Shown piece by piece: positions 20,201 to 30,318 of a stretch of 64,000 nt of DNA (positions within the stretch are counted from its first letter, which is position 1; every line of letters begins with the position of its first letter). The notes under the pieces are model-generated. The model searched no databases. It was not told where the DNA came from and worked only from the letters and a program-made list of their open reading frames with translations. The position numbers and the translations under genes are program-made. Origin of the DNA: a virus (Duplodnaviria; Caudoviricetes); the IMG/VR virus record IMGVR_UViG_3300032167_000004, positions 128,001-192,000 of that record, one strand, 5' to 3'.

Positions 20201-23200
20201 TCGGGGAACTGATTTTGCCAGTTATCAAACTCAGTAATAGAATCATGTGAATCCCACATTTTATTATTAACTTTATTATAAACTTCAGTAAGTTTATTAT
20301 GCATTAATTCACGAATTCTACGGAAAAATACACTATAAGCAGCTCTGAAAACATATTCACCACTATCAAGGATATCAATATCTTCCATACCATAAGGCAT
20401 AGTTAATTCGCCGGAGTTATTAATACCTAATGAAGTATCGTTATCATAATCCCAGAATTCGAATCTATATCCATTGTCACCAGTAAATTGAGGTACACTA
20501 TATACTCTAGAATAATGCCAGAAAGTATTTTTTGCACGGTTATCAGCCATGGTAAATCTTTCGGTAAATAAATAGTAATATAAAGCAGAATCTTCAACAA
20601 ACCAATGATTAAATTCATTTACAAATTCTTTATCTGTAGAAGTAATTACCCATTTATAGAAATCGTTCCATACTGCAATATTTTTAGCAATCTGATCATC
20701 ATCAGCATCAGGATGAGTATATCTAAAATCAAAAGTACCTTTTTTACCATTAGCATTATCCTTAGCTTTATCAAACCAGTTATTATATAAATCACTATAT
20801 TTAGGGTTACTGATATTCCACTGACTCTTAGAAATAGGATAAATCATTTTAGAAGGATCCTGACTATTATCAGTATAAATGCCAGTATCAAAACAAGAAT
20901 TAGGTCTATCCCAGTCAGCAATTTCTACGACGAACTCATTAATATCATCAGGATCATCTACACGAGTATCATCAGTATTCTTAGAATCACCGAGGTTTCC
21001 GAGTGCGTAAAAATGCCATTCATTATCCTTGAATTCACTATGCACATTAACATCAGGATCATTTTCTCTGATGAAAACAACACAGTTAACAAATTCCATA
21101 GTATTTTTAACTTTAGGATTATTTTTATTTGCAACGCTCTGATAAGGAAGATAATCATTAAATCTCTTAGCTAATAATGCATTATTAGCATTCTCAGAGC
21201 TGGCAATATTAACTTTAATATTAAAGTATGCATTAGGAATAGAATTTTCAGTAAGAGTAACTTTACCCGTACCATCACTAATGACAGTACCATCACCCAT
21301 AGTTAATTCTGTAATATAATCTGCTTCGAAAGTAGTCTTTTTCATTTCATACACACCATCAAAACAGAATGCAATATCAATGTTTCTACCAGAATAACCA
21401 TAAGAGTTAGAAGAAGTACCCTGACCAGTATGATAACAATTGATAGCAGACCAGTTATCTTCAACTTTTCTACCATTCTTATGTCTAATTTGAATATCAC
21501 ATTTTTCAGGCTTATCCTTATCGGTTGTAAATCTAGATCTACAGTCAATCATGACAATTTTAAGATCCGGACATGCATTATATACAGAATCAGGTGTGAT
21601 AAGCTTAGTTTCTGAATCACGAATCTGATTTCTATTATATCTAGCAAGCATTTCAGAAGAAGTTCGCGCATCAAGAATAAAATTACTCAATACATCATCT
21701 GTATCCAATGCAGTTGTGTATGCCTTCATTCTATAAATATAAGTATCACAATCATCAGAACCAATAGTAATAGGAACAGTACCGATGGCTGTTTGATAGA
21801 ATGTTGCTTCTTTATTATATTGCATAGGTCTCAGAGGAACACCATCCTCATAACTCATTACAACTGAATATCCCTTACTATTAGCAGTACTAATACTATC
21901 AATAGTATAATCAAATTCAATAATATCTTCTTCGCTATAAGGAATATATAATTCACTAACACTATTTCTAATATATGCTTCGTGAACATTCATCTCAAGA
22001 CCAATACCTTTATCAGGAGATATACAATTCAAGAACTGTGCTTTAGCCTGTTTAACATTGGTAGTTTTGAAGATACATTTAAAAGATGCACCATATTTAG
22101 CAGGATCATTATCAGAACTAAATAAATTATAGCTAATAGTAGCTCTAGTACCAGCTTTTACACAGAAACATGCATCTCCGTTTTCATCTAATACATAACC
22201 GCCATTATACCAGTCAAAGTCTTCAGAGACAGATAACTTAATATTATTATTTTTAGAATATTTCCACAATCTATTCTGAGAACTATTGGAATATCCAACA
22301 GGGTTAAAATCAAATGCTAAACTACCAACAACAGGTTCGATATTGATATCAACTTTTTGAATATCCAGTACAATATTAACAGGCTTTGCTTTACCACAAG
22401 AAATGGTAATATTACTAATACCATACTCACTAGCAGGATGAATAATTTCATCCGTAACTTTAGTTAAAGTCTTAGGATTAGTAACACCATCAATAGTGAT
22501 ATTAACATTGGATTGTGTATCGCCATTGTAATTGGAATATACAACATAAGGAATAGTCTCAGGAGTATATTGGTCAATACGTATAGTACCTCTATAATCA
22601 CTTCTATATATACAGCCGATAATAGGAATATCAGAATCTTTATCAAAACAAATAATATCTCTATAAACATGATCAGATGTAACAGTTTTAGCACCAATAG
22701 TGGCAGTTAACCAGCATTCAACTAAATGTGCACCATGTGTTTGGGGAGGAATTATGAACGGTCTATTGGAACCTGAAATATTCTTAGGAATAACCTCCTC
22801 AAGAACCATTTCACCATCAAGTTTAATGTGAATAGTTTTTTCAATAGTACCAATAGGTCTATACAAGAAAGTAATTTCTTCACCCACATCACATACATCA
22901 GTATCATTAAAATCACATTCTAATCCTAAATCAACAACATTAACTGAGAAGATAAGGGGGGTAGACTGTTCACCAAAATAGTTAGTTGCGATTAATTGTA
23001 AATATTTAGTACCAGTACCACTGATCTTTTCATGTAAATTAGGGAAATCATTACGACCACTGACTAATGATCCATTTTCAATAATAGTATTACCTAATTT
23101 CCAAGTATATGTACCAGGAATATCATTACCATTAGCATCTTTACACATATAATTTACAGAAATAACAAATTTTTCAGAAGGAGAAACAACAATACTTGTT

Positions 23201-23661
23201 TCACCATTAACGGTAAGAACAATGCTACTAGAGCCATCTCCAGAACCACCGCCTCCGCCGGTACCACCACCGCTACTAATAGGCTCGAATTCATTATTAA
23301 TAAAACGGTAATGAGTATAATAATTTTTTCCTTCATGTTTAATATAATAATCAGTTAATTCATTAGCATCTTTAACTGGAGGTAAATTAGTACCGATATA
23401 AGGTTGAGAACCAGAAATTGATTTCCAGTCATTATCAATCCATTTATATAATACATAACCACCAGAAGACCTTAATAAATAGTCAATACCTGCTTCACCT
23501 TTATTAGGTAAAGTTTCAACGATCATAGTACCGACTTCAGCAATATCGATATTACCATGAGCATCAGGACCTAATCCATTAACTGTAACAACAGCATTTT
23601 TAGCTCGTTCAATAGCAATATCAATGTCTGTACCACTATGACTAGATCTATGAATTTTCAT
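17281..23661 (-). CDS. Giant 2126-aa virion/tail protein: LamG-like, CotH-kinase-like, LRR, B-repeat and DUF6273-like C-terminus
   Basis: MADNRAKNTF...WDYDNDTSLG (CotH-like), LEKLDITNC/LREFYAEGT (LRR), YSFSGWD/VFMGWDK (InlB B-repeat), YWTRTP..F..V..DG..ICLCFSI terminus. Confidence 0.65.
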   Translation of the reverse strand: MKIHRSSHSGTDIDIAIERAKNAVVTVNGLGPDAHGNIDIAEVGTMIVETLPNKGEAGIDYLLRSSGGYVLYKWIDNDWKSISGSQPYIGTNLPPVKDANELTDYYIKHEGKNYYTHYRFINNEFEPISSGGGTGGGGGSGDGSSSIVLTVNGETSIVVSPSEKFVISVNYMCKDANGNDIPGTYTWKLGNTIIENGSLVSGRNDFPNLHEKISGTGTKYLQLIATNYFGEQSTPLIFSVNVVDLGLECDFNDTDVCDVGEEITFLYRPIGTIEKTIHIKLDGEMVLEEVIPKNISGSNRPFIIPPQTHGAHLVECWLTATIGAKTVTSDHVYRDIICFDKDSDIPIIGCIYRSDYRGTIRIDQYTPETIPYVVYSNYNGDTQSNVNITIDGVTNPKTLTKVTDEIIHPASEYGISNITISCGKAKPVNIVLDIQKVDINIEPVVGSLAFDFNPVGYSNSSQNRLWKYSKNNNIKLSVSEDFDWYNGGYVLDENGDACFCVKAGTRATISYNLFSSDNDPAKYGASFKCIFKTTNVKQAKAQFLNCISPDKGIGLEMNVHEAYIRNSVSELYIPYSEEDIIEFDYTIDSISTANSKGYSVVMSYEDGVPLRPMQYNKEATFYQTAIGTVPITIGSDDCDTYIYRMKAYTTALDTDDVLSNFILDARTSSEMLARYNRNQIRDSETKLITPDSVYNACPDLKIVMIDCRSRFTTDKDKPEKCDIQIRHKNGRKVEDNWSAINCYHTGQGTSSNSYGYSGRNIDIAFCFDGVYEMKKTTFEADYITELTMGDGTVISDGTGKVTLTENSIPNAYFNIKVNIASSENANNALLAKRFNDYLPYQSVANKNNPKVKNTMEFVNCVVFIRENDPDVNVHSEFKDNEWHFYALGNLGDSKNTDDTRVDDPDDINEFVVEIADWDRPNSCFDTGIYTDNSQDPSKMIYPISKSQWNISNPKYSDLYNNWFDKAKDNANGKKGTFDFRYTHPDADDDQIAKNIAVWNDFYKWVITSTDKEFVNEFNHWFVEDSALYYYLFTERFTMADNRAKNTFWHYSRVYSVPQFTGDNGYRFEFWDYDNDTSLGINNSGELTMPYGMEDIDILDSGEYVFRAAYSVFFRRIRELMHNKLTEVYNKVNNKMWDSHDSITEFDNWQNQFPESLWIADMKRKYWRTFTGESYDNSIPGAADEQYLIKRYNGRKKYHRRQFERNHDIYIASKYISSKVISDQIYIRCAEKTAESSIAPDYTLSLVPYQDMYLTVARGDSTEQKRAKAGQTYIFETDSATADIIKIYASSKIQAINDLSKFYLREANFPNAKKLKILIIGSDADGYIQKTLNAVNLGDNPILEKLDITNCAGLEQSPAIYGCKELREFYAEGTNIKSVSFAPNGKIQTAYLPDSINAISMENLSYLTNLRFSFDNVNRLTIKDSNIDTLDITNDTIDTLTELTLSGIDWLLPDTQLLNQLLPRSYGGKLDISSLAGTVTVTGAIRNQELLKYAEAWPDLTVKYNVNNIVPQYLITYVNADKDKTVLWTEYVDIGMTPPDPYGDGKIEEPILESDEQYNYSFSGWDDISIPVSSDRTVIAVYDPSIRMYTVNWYANLGEAPLDSTTVEYGKTATFSKTLPTVGNDVHLYKVFMGWDKSTGFIRGDTDVYAVWDSKTIPTPGTSLSAMSPAEIYAVFKSGRASEFVNNKDYTDITLSRDYEFGNIASEVIATDEYFDGKRALVTEHRLFGSYEKSFTLAIDLRFMDGATNATILSCFENNNNNGFRIRLNGNALNVQWGTETFSVSFKNYRDMIVLRHKKGERQLYAYTSTAYNASSTSLSKYFNLDSAYGSSKPRRKVLTSSSDITTESPLTLGGVYYADGTTSQYGTGMVYWCKIWFDDLGNDLCEELASWHHETLRMEYYGAGLYNYAGTGSLSIASFAANNLLEDRGIKMLTSTADVSWKASHVRAFMNDRLYNALPTVWKSLIRQVTIDSTPNSTSAESSYTDDYLYIPSRSEVNGDIPFMESNNARVKLSKYIIPKTSSDYTGTTDPQTDSDITVNIGDIWTTGGSSYMLISKEDITRYGLTVKSGSSVTNLGGWVLANKYWTRTPDAYSGSTYFSIVNFDGSITSSSYTNQDTRICLCFSI

Positions 23662-23675
23662 TATATCACCTCACG

Positions 23676-24689
23676 TTATTCATTACGTACAAGGAACAGT
23701 AACATATCATCAGTACCATCAATTGTACCACCAATAGTTTCAGGATCATAGGTACCAGCAATCATAGCATCAATATCCTCTATAGTAGTCCAATTGAGTG
23801 AATCTTGTTTATTGTCCATATCATTTCTAAGTTTAACCATCATATTAGCTTGAGGTTCAATATAAATAATAATATGTGATTCATCTACACGAGAAATCAC
23901 TTGATAACCCATTTCATTTGTTGAAGGAATTGCAATACCTGTGTCATTAGACATACAGGTTTTACCTACAACACATTTACCATTATCAATTACAGTTACA
24001 ATACCAGAATTTAATACATAGGTATATTTATTTAATAAATTACCTTCAGTATCAAATTTATATTCACCTGCACCAGTAGAGAAACCAGGTTTTTCTACAG
24101 TGACACCACGAATATTAGAAGTAGAATTAGCCTTAATAATATTTATACTAGCTTTACTTGTATCAGATGTTACAAAATAACCAATTCGATCTTCAGCAGC
24201 TTTATTACCATCAGACCATTCAGCTATTTCAGCATAGCCAATTAAAGTAGAAGCAATAGTACCTGTACTATTAATATCAGCTTTACTATCAATTAATTCT
24301 TTAATTAATTCGTATAACTGTTTAAGAGCACTAGGAGTTGCTGCAATACCTTCACTTGCATCACTATCTAAATCATAATCATCACTTAATTTAACGTGAC
24401 CAAATTTTAATGCATTACCAACACCACAAGATTTATCATAAGAAGTATGGTCTGCAGCTGCAACACTTAATACGGTTCTAAGCTCAGAGACACTAGAAAC
24501 AGATACACCAGTACCACCATCTTTAAGAGGTATAGGTCCAGTAGGTTGTTCCTCTTCAATAGACCCTTCAACTAAATATAATTCATTTTCATTAATAGAA
24601 CCAGATCTATTAATTTCTTCATAAATATCTTCAGTCATTACATGAATCTTAAGAGACTCAGTAGTTGTATTTTTAGTAGAAAAAGCCAT
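23676..24689 (-). CDS. Tail fibre protein with peptidase G2-like IMC domain, paralog of 15670-16362
   Basis: FGHVKLSDD..AATPSALKQLY fibre repeat; GYAEIAEWSDGNKAAEDRIGYFV. Confidence 0.7.
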   Translation of the reverse strand: MAFSTKNTTTESLKIHVMTEDIYEEINRSGSINENELYLVEGSIEEEQPTGPIPLKDGGTGVSVSSVSELRTVLSVAAADHTSYDKSCGVGNALKFGHVKLSDDYDLDSDASEGIAATPSALKQLYELIKELIDSKADINSTGTIASTLIGYAEIAEWSDGNKAAEDRIGYFVTSDTSKASINIIKANSTSNIRGVTVEKPGFSTGAGEYKFDTEGNLLNKYTYVLNSGIVTVIDNGKCVVGKTCMSNDTGIAIPSTNEMGYQVISRVDESHIIIYIEPQANMMVKLRNDMDNKQDSLNWTTIEDIDAMIAGTYDPETIGGTIDGTDDMLLFLVRNE

Positions 24690-24724
24690 TAAAAATTCTC
24701 ACTCCTTTCGTAAGAATATATCAA

Positions 24725-25189
24725 TCATCTTGAATAAGTGATAAATTCTGCAGCAGGATGAACCTTAATGGGAAGCTCACCATTTTCATCTAATGTAGCT
24801 AAACCATTAGGTTTACCAATCATATTTGTAGTTAAAATTTCTAAATAACCTGCAGGAGAATTTAAATTATCTAAATCAATAACTATAAAATATCTACCTT
24901 CATCAATAGTTCTAATACATTCGTTTAATTTTACATCAGAAGATGATAAAGCGAACATATCATCTAAAGTATCAACACTTCTAGATGTTGAAATTGATGA
25001 TAAATCTTGTAAATATGTAGATAATTTTATACCATTATCAATATCTGTATAAACTTCGTTTGCGGTTATGATTGGAAATACAGGAATAAAACTACCATCA
25101 GGCTGTTTAGCTTTCATGATAGTTGACATAGTTTTAACTAATTCCTTAGTATTAACTTCACCAGTCGTATAAGTAATTTCTTCAGCCAT
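24725..25189 (-). CDS. Tail-associated protein
   Basis: GKPNGLATLDENGELP fibre motif; KQPDGSF shared with 25227-25757. Confidence 0.55.
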   Translation of the reverse strand: MAEEITYTTGEVNTKELVKTMSTIMKAKQPDGSFIPVFPIITANEVYTDIDNGIKLSTYLQDLSSISTSRSVDTLDDMFALSSSDVKLNECIRTIDEGRYFIVIDLDNLNSPAGYLEILTTNMIGKPNGLATLDENGELPIKVHPAAEFITYSR

Positions 25190-25226
25190 ATTTTTAACCC
25201 CCTTTTACATTAGTATTTTCTTTTAA

Positions 25227-25757
25227 TTAAATATCATCTAATGTATAAGTTTTAAATTCAACATGCTGAGGAATTGCATTAATATCAATTTTACCATCAT
25301 TATCTAATTTTAAAATTTTATTAGGTTCAGGAGTTTCAACAACATCTGTTGATAACACTCTAGCATTTAAAGCTTCTTGTGTTGCAGTACTGATGGGTTT
25401 ATCCATATCTGAAGTGTTATCAACATTTTCTAAACCTAATTGTGCCTTGGTCACATTATGAGGATTTTCTTTATTATTAATATGACCTTCAAGTTGTTCA
25501 CTTGATGCTGCACCAGTAATACCAAACTCTTCTAAAGTTGTAGGTTTATTAGTAATTCCTGTCCAAGGTACAGAATCAGCTTTTGCTGCAGTACCAGTAT
25601 ATTTATCACCATTTTCGGTAAATTTAGAAGACAGTAAACTACCATCATCCATAACTACACTATCAATTGTGACAGTGGGAGAATATTTTAAAAAGCTACC
25701 ATCAGGTTGTTTAATTTTTAAATCAGTACGAATATACTCACTCATAATAAGTAGCAC
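25227..25757 (-). CDS. Tail fibre repeat protein
   Basis: VPWTGITNKP; NPHNVTKAQLGLENVDNTSDMDKPISTATQEAL. Confidence 0.65.
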   Translation of the reverse strand: MLLIMSEYIRTDLKIKQPDGSFLKYSPTVTIDSVVMDDGSLLSSKFTENGDKYTGTAAKADSVPWTGITNKPTTLEEFGITGAASSEQLEGHINNKENPHNVTKAQLGLENVDNTSDMDKPISTATQEALNARVLSTDVVETPEPNKILKLDNDGKIDINAIPQHVEFKTYTLDDI

Positions 25758-25769
25758 TTCCTTCCATAC

Positions 25770-26717
25770 TTATTTATCTAAAACTAATAAATCATTATAA
25801 ATCTTACTACCAGTATTACCCACGATACTTTCTAATATATATTGATTATTTATATAACCACCATTGGTTACAGAAATAATATTATATAAGAAATAAGGTA
25901 AACACTCTAATGATAATAAGTTACTTGCTTCATACATATTAATGAAAGCTTCTAAATAACCTCTAACAGATAAATCTTTAAAGCCTAAATTTAATGCAGG
26001 AAGTTTTAAAGCATTAATGAAAGTTTCTAAATTTTCAAATGCTTCAGGAGGAACTAATTCATTAACTTCTTGTAAGGAATAAATATTACCATTAGGACAG
26101 TTTTTAATAGCATAATTAAATACCATATCACTATCAGGTAATCCTAAGACATTAATCATATAAAATTTACTTGCTAAGAATAAAACTTTATGCATTTTAC
26201 TCTTATCGATATTTAAAGAATATTTCTTATTTAATACCTTAGTAAACATAGCTGAATAAATTTCAGAACCACCAGATAAAATAACGGATCTAGTAACTAA
26301 TTGTCTCTGTCTTAAATGAATTAATCTTGCTATATAAGCAGCTTCCAACATACAATATAATTTTTTAGGATCAATTCTTACGCTATTAGTTTCTTCATCA
26401 TACACACCATAAATATCAATAGATACTACAGCAATAACTTCTTTTTCAGCATCACTAACTAAGAAAAAAGGTAATGCTGTAGGTAATTTACTACCTACAC
26501 CATATCTCATCTCAATAGTACCATTATTGATAGATTCTAAAACTTTAAATTTAAAAGGAAACTTAAAGTTTTTAGTAATAATCATTAAAGGTTCTTCGAG
26601 TTCTTTCATCGTGATAACTTTACCATTCTTAAGGAGATTTGCAATGTTATTAGTTATACCATTTGATCTATTCAAATGGTTATAAATAAAAGTTGAATTT
26701 AACGATTTAAGACTCAC
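25770..26717 (-). CDS. Hypothetical jumbo-phage protein (late, probably virion)
   Basis: 315 aa, GTG start with RBS AAGGAG, preceded by AACA-N6-TA. Confidence 0.6.
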   Translation of the reverse strand: MSLKSLNSTFIYNHLNRSNGITNNIANLLKNGKVITMKELEEPLMIITKNFKFPFKFKVLESINNGTIEMRYGVGSKLPTALPFFLVSDAEKEVIAVVSIDIYGVYDEETNSVRIDPKKLYCMLEAAYIARLIHLRQRQLVTRSVILSGGSEIYSAMFTKVLNKKYSLNIDKSKMHKVLFLASKFYMINVLGLPDSDMVFNYAIKNCPNGNIYSLQEVNELVPPEAFENLETFINALKLPALNLGFKDLSVRGYLEAFINMYEASNLLSLECLPYFLYNIISVTNGGYINNQYILESIVGNTGSKIYNDLLVLDK

Positions 26718-26797
26718 AGATTAATCACTCCTTTACTAAAAGAATTATTTTTATATTAATGTTTTACAGGATAAAATAGATTGAGAAATCAAATAAA

Positions 26798-26837
26798 AAT
26801 GGATATAAACGGAATTTTTAATCCGTTTATATCCATT
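26798..26837. terminator. Hairpin terminator
   Basis: AATGGATATAAACGGA...TCCGTTTATATCCATT after the RNAP fragment gene. Confidence 0.6.
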
Positions 26838-26841
26838 AAAA

Positions 26842-27564
26842 TTATTTTTTAAGAGTTTTAGGAAGGGCAAGAGTTTTAGTAACTAAGTCAGATTTAATAC
26901 CACAACCTAAAAGATAAGTATCAACAGTATTTAATGTAGTCTTATTTTCTGCATTATTAGTTAACTCATCTAAAGATACATATCCCTTTTTAGAGATCTC
27001 AGAGTACATCTCAGTTTTCATAGTCATGTCATCAGCTCTACCACCAAGTAATTCTCTTAAAGAATTCTCTGCACCAAGAGTAACCAGAGAGAATGTTTCT
27101 GCATCAGATTCACGAGCATTCTTATCTTTGTTCACAACTTGACCCGTCAATGCAGATCTGCTAGAAATATCCGTAGATGTAGTATTCTTTTTAGAAAGAA
27201 TCTGCTGCATACGTTTAATGTGTAGGTAACCTATAGGGACGGGATATTTAGTTAATACTGGATTATCAGTATTACCGTTCACAAAAGGCATTGCTACCTT
27301 TTCCATTAAAGGTACATCCAATACTTTAGCTGCAGCTTCAATATTTTCAATTGTTAAATCTCTTTCATAGTTAACGATATCTAATACTAGATATAATTCT
27401 TCATTAGCAAATAAATTCTTAAAGAATTTATCAAATTCATTATCATTCATACTGGAAAACATAGCTTTATATTTATTAGTATTTACTTCACTAGGATCTA
27501 ATGTAGAAAATACTTTATAAATTAAGTTTTCCATTTCTTTTCTTTTAGTAGAATTAATAGCCAT
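26842..27564 (-). CDS. Phage multisubunit RNA polymerase beta subunit C-terminal fragment (probably virion RNAP)
   Basis: VPIGYLHIKRMQQ..RSALTGQV..ARESDAETFSL..GAENSLRELL..RADD aligns with RpoB GxMYxxKL..TQQP..RFGEME..GA..LQE.L..KSDD; sits in a late-promoter unit. Confidence 0.8.
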   Translation of the reverse strand: MAINSTKRKEMENLIYKVFSTLDPSEVNTNKYKAMFSSMNDNEFDKFFKNLFANEELYLVLDIVNYERDLTIENIEAAAKVLDVPLMEKVAMPFVNGNTDNPVLTKYPVPIGYLHIKRMQQILSKKNTTSTDISSRSALTGQVVNKDKNARESDAETFSLVTLGAENSLRELLGGRADDMTMKTEMYSEISKKGYVSLDELTNNAENKTTLNTVDTYLLGCGIKSDLVTKTLALPKTLKK

Positions 27565-27581
27565 ATTATATTATCACCTAC

Positions 27582-28736
27582 TTAAGTGTTAAAGTACATT
27601 ATAGACATAACAAAGAATGTATACATAGCTTTTCTAAAACTATTAATGGTTGCTAATCTTTGAGTCTTTTTATATATACCTAACTCATCTAACCAACCAT
27701 CTAATACTTTCTTTATCTTAATAATGTTTTCATCTGTAGTATTACTTCTTTTATATATATCTAAGCAATAAATTAAAAATTTATCACTATTAATTTCTTC
27801 TGCTTTATTTTGACTATTGAAAAGATATAAGAATAAAATAGATTCTACAACTACTTTAATATCATCTTTATGAGTATCATTAACCATAGAAGTGATTTGA
27901 TTTCTTAATTCATTTACTGAAACCTGATTAGATTTAGCTGCAGCATTAATTAATTTAATCGGAGGCCCTTCAATGATTAACTTTAATGTAACATTTTCTG
28001 TCAATCTATTAACTAAATAAGTTGAAGAATCTGCTTCTCTAAATTGATCTTCTTCATTAATCTCTAATTCAGTATTAAGATAATTGCCTTCTTTATGATT
28101 CTTATAAAATTCAATAGCAATCTTCTTAATCATATTATTGAATCTTGTTTTAACAGCTAAGATAAATTGGACTATATCTTTATCCAGTCCTTTTACAATA
28201 CCATCTTTATGAAGTTTATATGCACCATCACAAGTTTCAGATATAGTAACCATAAGATTTCCTGTTTTCTTTAATTTGAATCTCTTAGATAAATTATTGA
28301 TAGTGTAGTTCATAATATTTTCATTAGGCTCAAATTTAAAATATTTACTATATATAGAAGGATACATAGATAATCCTAAATATAAAATACTTAAATTGGT
28401 CATTTTTTCATTTTTAGTTATAGTAAAATATCTAATAACCATAGCCATTAAAGTATTAAAAGGGATATTTAAAATCTGACCTGAAGATTTAATATCTTCA
28501 GATTTATTTTTAATAGCTTTTACTTCAGCAGGTGTGACCTCAGCAATATTAAATACTGGAAGAGTTTCCCTTTCAGTAAATAATACCATTTTAGTAGGTC
28601 CTATAGCACTTAATACTTCACCATTTTTATCAATATAATTGGAAATAAGTTGTTCATACTTCTTTAAATTCTCTTTATTAGAAAATCCTTTTTCAACTTT
28701 AGGATATAACTCTGTAACTAATACATTGGTCGCCAA
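27582..28736 (-). CDS. Hypothetical jumbo-phage protein co-transcribed with the RNAP fragment
   Basis: 384-aa helical ORF, TTG start with RBS AGGTGGTGA, late motif upstream. Confidence 0.6.
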   Translation of the reverse strand: MATNVLVTELYPKVEKGFSNKENLKKYEQLISNYIDKNGEVLSAIGPTKMVLFTERETLPVFNIAEVTPAEVKAIKNKSEDIKSSGQILNIPFNTLMAMVIRYFTITKNEKMTNLSILYLGLSMYPSIYSKYFKFEPNENIMNYTINNLSKRFKLKKTGNLMVTISETCDGAYKLHKDGIVKGLDKDIVQFILAVKTRFNNMIKKIAIEFYKNHKEGNYLNTELEINEEDQFREADSSTYLVNRLTENVTLKLIIEGPPIKLINAAAKSNQVSVNELRNQITSMVNDTHKDDIKVVVESILFLYLFNSQNKAEEINSDKFLIYCLDIYKRSNTTDENIIKIKKVLDGWLDELGIYKKTQRLATINSFRKAMYTFFVMSIMYFNT

Positions 28737-28761
28737 TTTATTTCACCACCTATATTATTAT

Positions 28762-28808
28762 TACAAATATGTTTTTACAGTAATAAAATCATGAAAAACA
28801 TTTTTATA
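28762..28808. promoter_or_regulatory. Divergent pair of late-type promoters AACA-N6-TA
   Basis: 28762-28773 (-) and 28797-28808 (+); the same divergent arrangement occurs at 40027/40085 and 43449/43491. Confidence 0.65.
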
Positions 28809-28837
28809 ATATATTTTACTGAAAGGATGATTCCTTT

Positions 28838-30088
28838 ATGAGTTTATTACTTGAGTATTGCCAAGATTTAAATATATTAACTGAAGCTTTTTATGGTAAA
28901 CCTAAAGAGTTTATTGAAATTGAAAAAAGATTAGATAAAATTATTAATATGATTAAATTACAAAAAGAAAATCCCTCGATGGCTGTAGATATTAACAAAA
29001 TGAAAGAATTAGAGGAAATTGAAAATATTTTCACTAAATTCTTTAAAAATTATAAAACCTCTATTACATTTTATGCACCTATTATATCTCCTACTTATAA
29101 TGCATTTACATTTCCATCCACATTATCATATTTTAAAAAAGATCCAAATAATAAAAGAATTGCTAGTGTGGATGATCTATTTATAAATGTCAATGTTGAT
29201 ATGGGTCTTGTATATGCTTTAGATATGGATGCTAAGGAATTAATGGCTGTTATATTACATGAAATTGGACATTGCTTTGATGCCTCATTATTTATGTTGT
29301 TATCTAAGATTCAAATCATCGGCTCTATTAATTATGATCTCAATACAATGCATGTTAATAGTGTTAATATTAATGCTGTTAATTCTATTTATAGTACATT
29401 TATTAATTTAATTATTGGTGCATCCCCACTGTTACAGTCATTTTATCAAGAAATGAATAGATTTGTGTCTCAGAATCCTACACTTAATAAATTTTTAAGT
29501 GATATTCAAATGGTAATAGCAGATATTAGTACATTTTTGAACATAGTAAGCTTTTCATTAAAAAAGATAACTCCAGTGTTGTTGGTACAACAGTTACTAA
29601 ATCCTAGTAATGTGTTTGGTTATGCTAATGAAAAATTTGCAGATTCATTTGCAACGTCATATGGTTATGGAAAAGAAGTAGCAAGTTTTTCTTATAAAGT
29701 TCAACATAGAAAAGGTTTAACTATAAATGAAAATATTTCAAAAATTCCTTTATTAAATATCGGATACGATTTCTTAAAAGTTTCTATGCAACTTTCAACT
29801 ATAATTTTAGATCCTCATCCTCATGATGCTACAAGAATTCAGTCTCAGTTAAATAAATTAAAAAGAGATTTAAATAATCCTAATCTTGATTCTAAAGTTA
29901 AGAAAGAACTTCTTGATAATATTGTTGAGATGGAAAATTATATAGATAATATAGTATTAAATATTAATCATGAGGATAATAATGGTCGATGGATTACTTT
30001 GTTACAAAATTATATTATTATTAAAGTTTTTAAAGGTCGAATTGATCCTAGAGAATTATTTGAAGCTGTTTGGAATCATGAACTATAA
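28838..30088 (+). CDS. Zinc metallopeptidase-like (HExxH, M48-like) protein, probably virion internal
   Basis: AVILHEIGH, EKFADSFATSYGYG, DPHP..TRI motifs; late motif upstream. Confidence 0.7.
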   Translation: MSLLLEYCQDLNILTEAFYGKPKEFIEIEKRLDKIINMIKLQKENPSMAVDINKMKELEEIENIFTKFFKNYKTSITFYAPIISPTYNAFTFPSTLSYFKKDPNNKRIASVDDLFINVNVDMGLVYALDMDAKELMAVILHEIGHCFDASLFMLLSKIQIIGSINYDLNTMHVNSVNINAVNSIYSTFINLIIGASPLLQSFYQEMNRFVSQNPTLNKFLSDIQMVIADISTFLNIVSFSLKKITPVLLVQQLLNPSNVFGYANEKFADSFATSYGYGKEVASFSYKVQHRKGLTINENISKIPLLNIGYDFLKVSMQLSTIILDPHPHDATRIQSQLNKLKRDLNNPNLDSKVKKELLDNIVEMENYIDNIVLNINHEDNNGRWITLLQNYIIIKVFKGRIDPRELFEAVWNHEL

Positions 30089-30136
30089 AAATAAAGTGAG
30101 TATATGGCTAAAACCATATACTCACTAATAATAATC

Positions 30137-30318
30137 AAAAAAAAGATAACCGGTAAATTACCTGGTGTTTTACCGGTTATCCCCCTAGCAAACACACAAA
30201 AAAGGAAAAACTGATACCCAACAAAAAGAAAATCAACACGGAGGCTTTTATGAACAAGAAACTACAACCAATGCGTCCAAGCTCTTATCGATATTTTTAA
30301 CCAGGATTAATATCTTTT
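30137..30318 (-). ncRNA. Candidate late U-rich small RNA
   Basis: AACA-N6-TA motif (30318-30329) facing left; no ORF in the track; ends in a 13-bp hairpin (30145-30181) plus U8. Confidence 0.45.
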
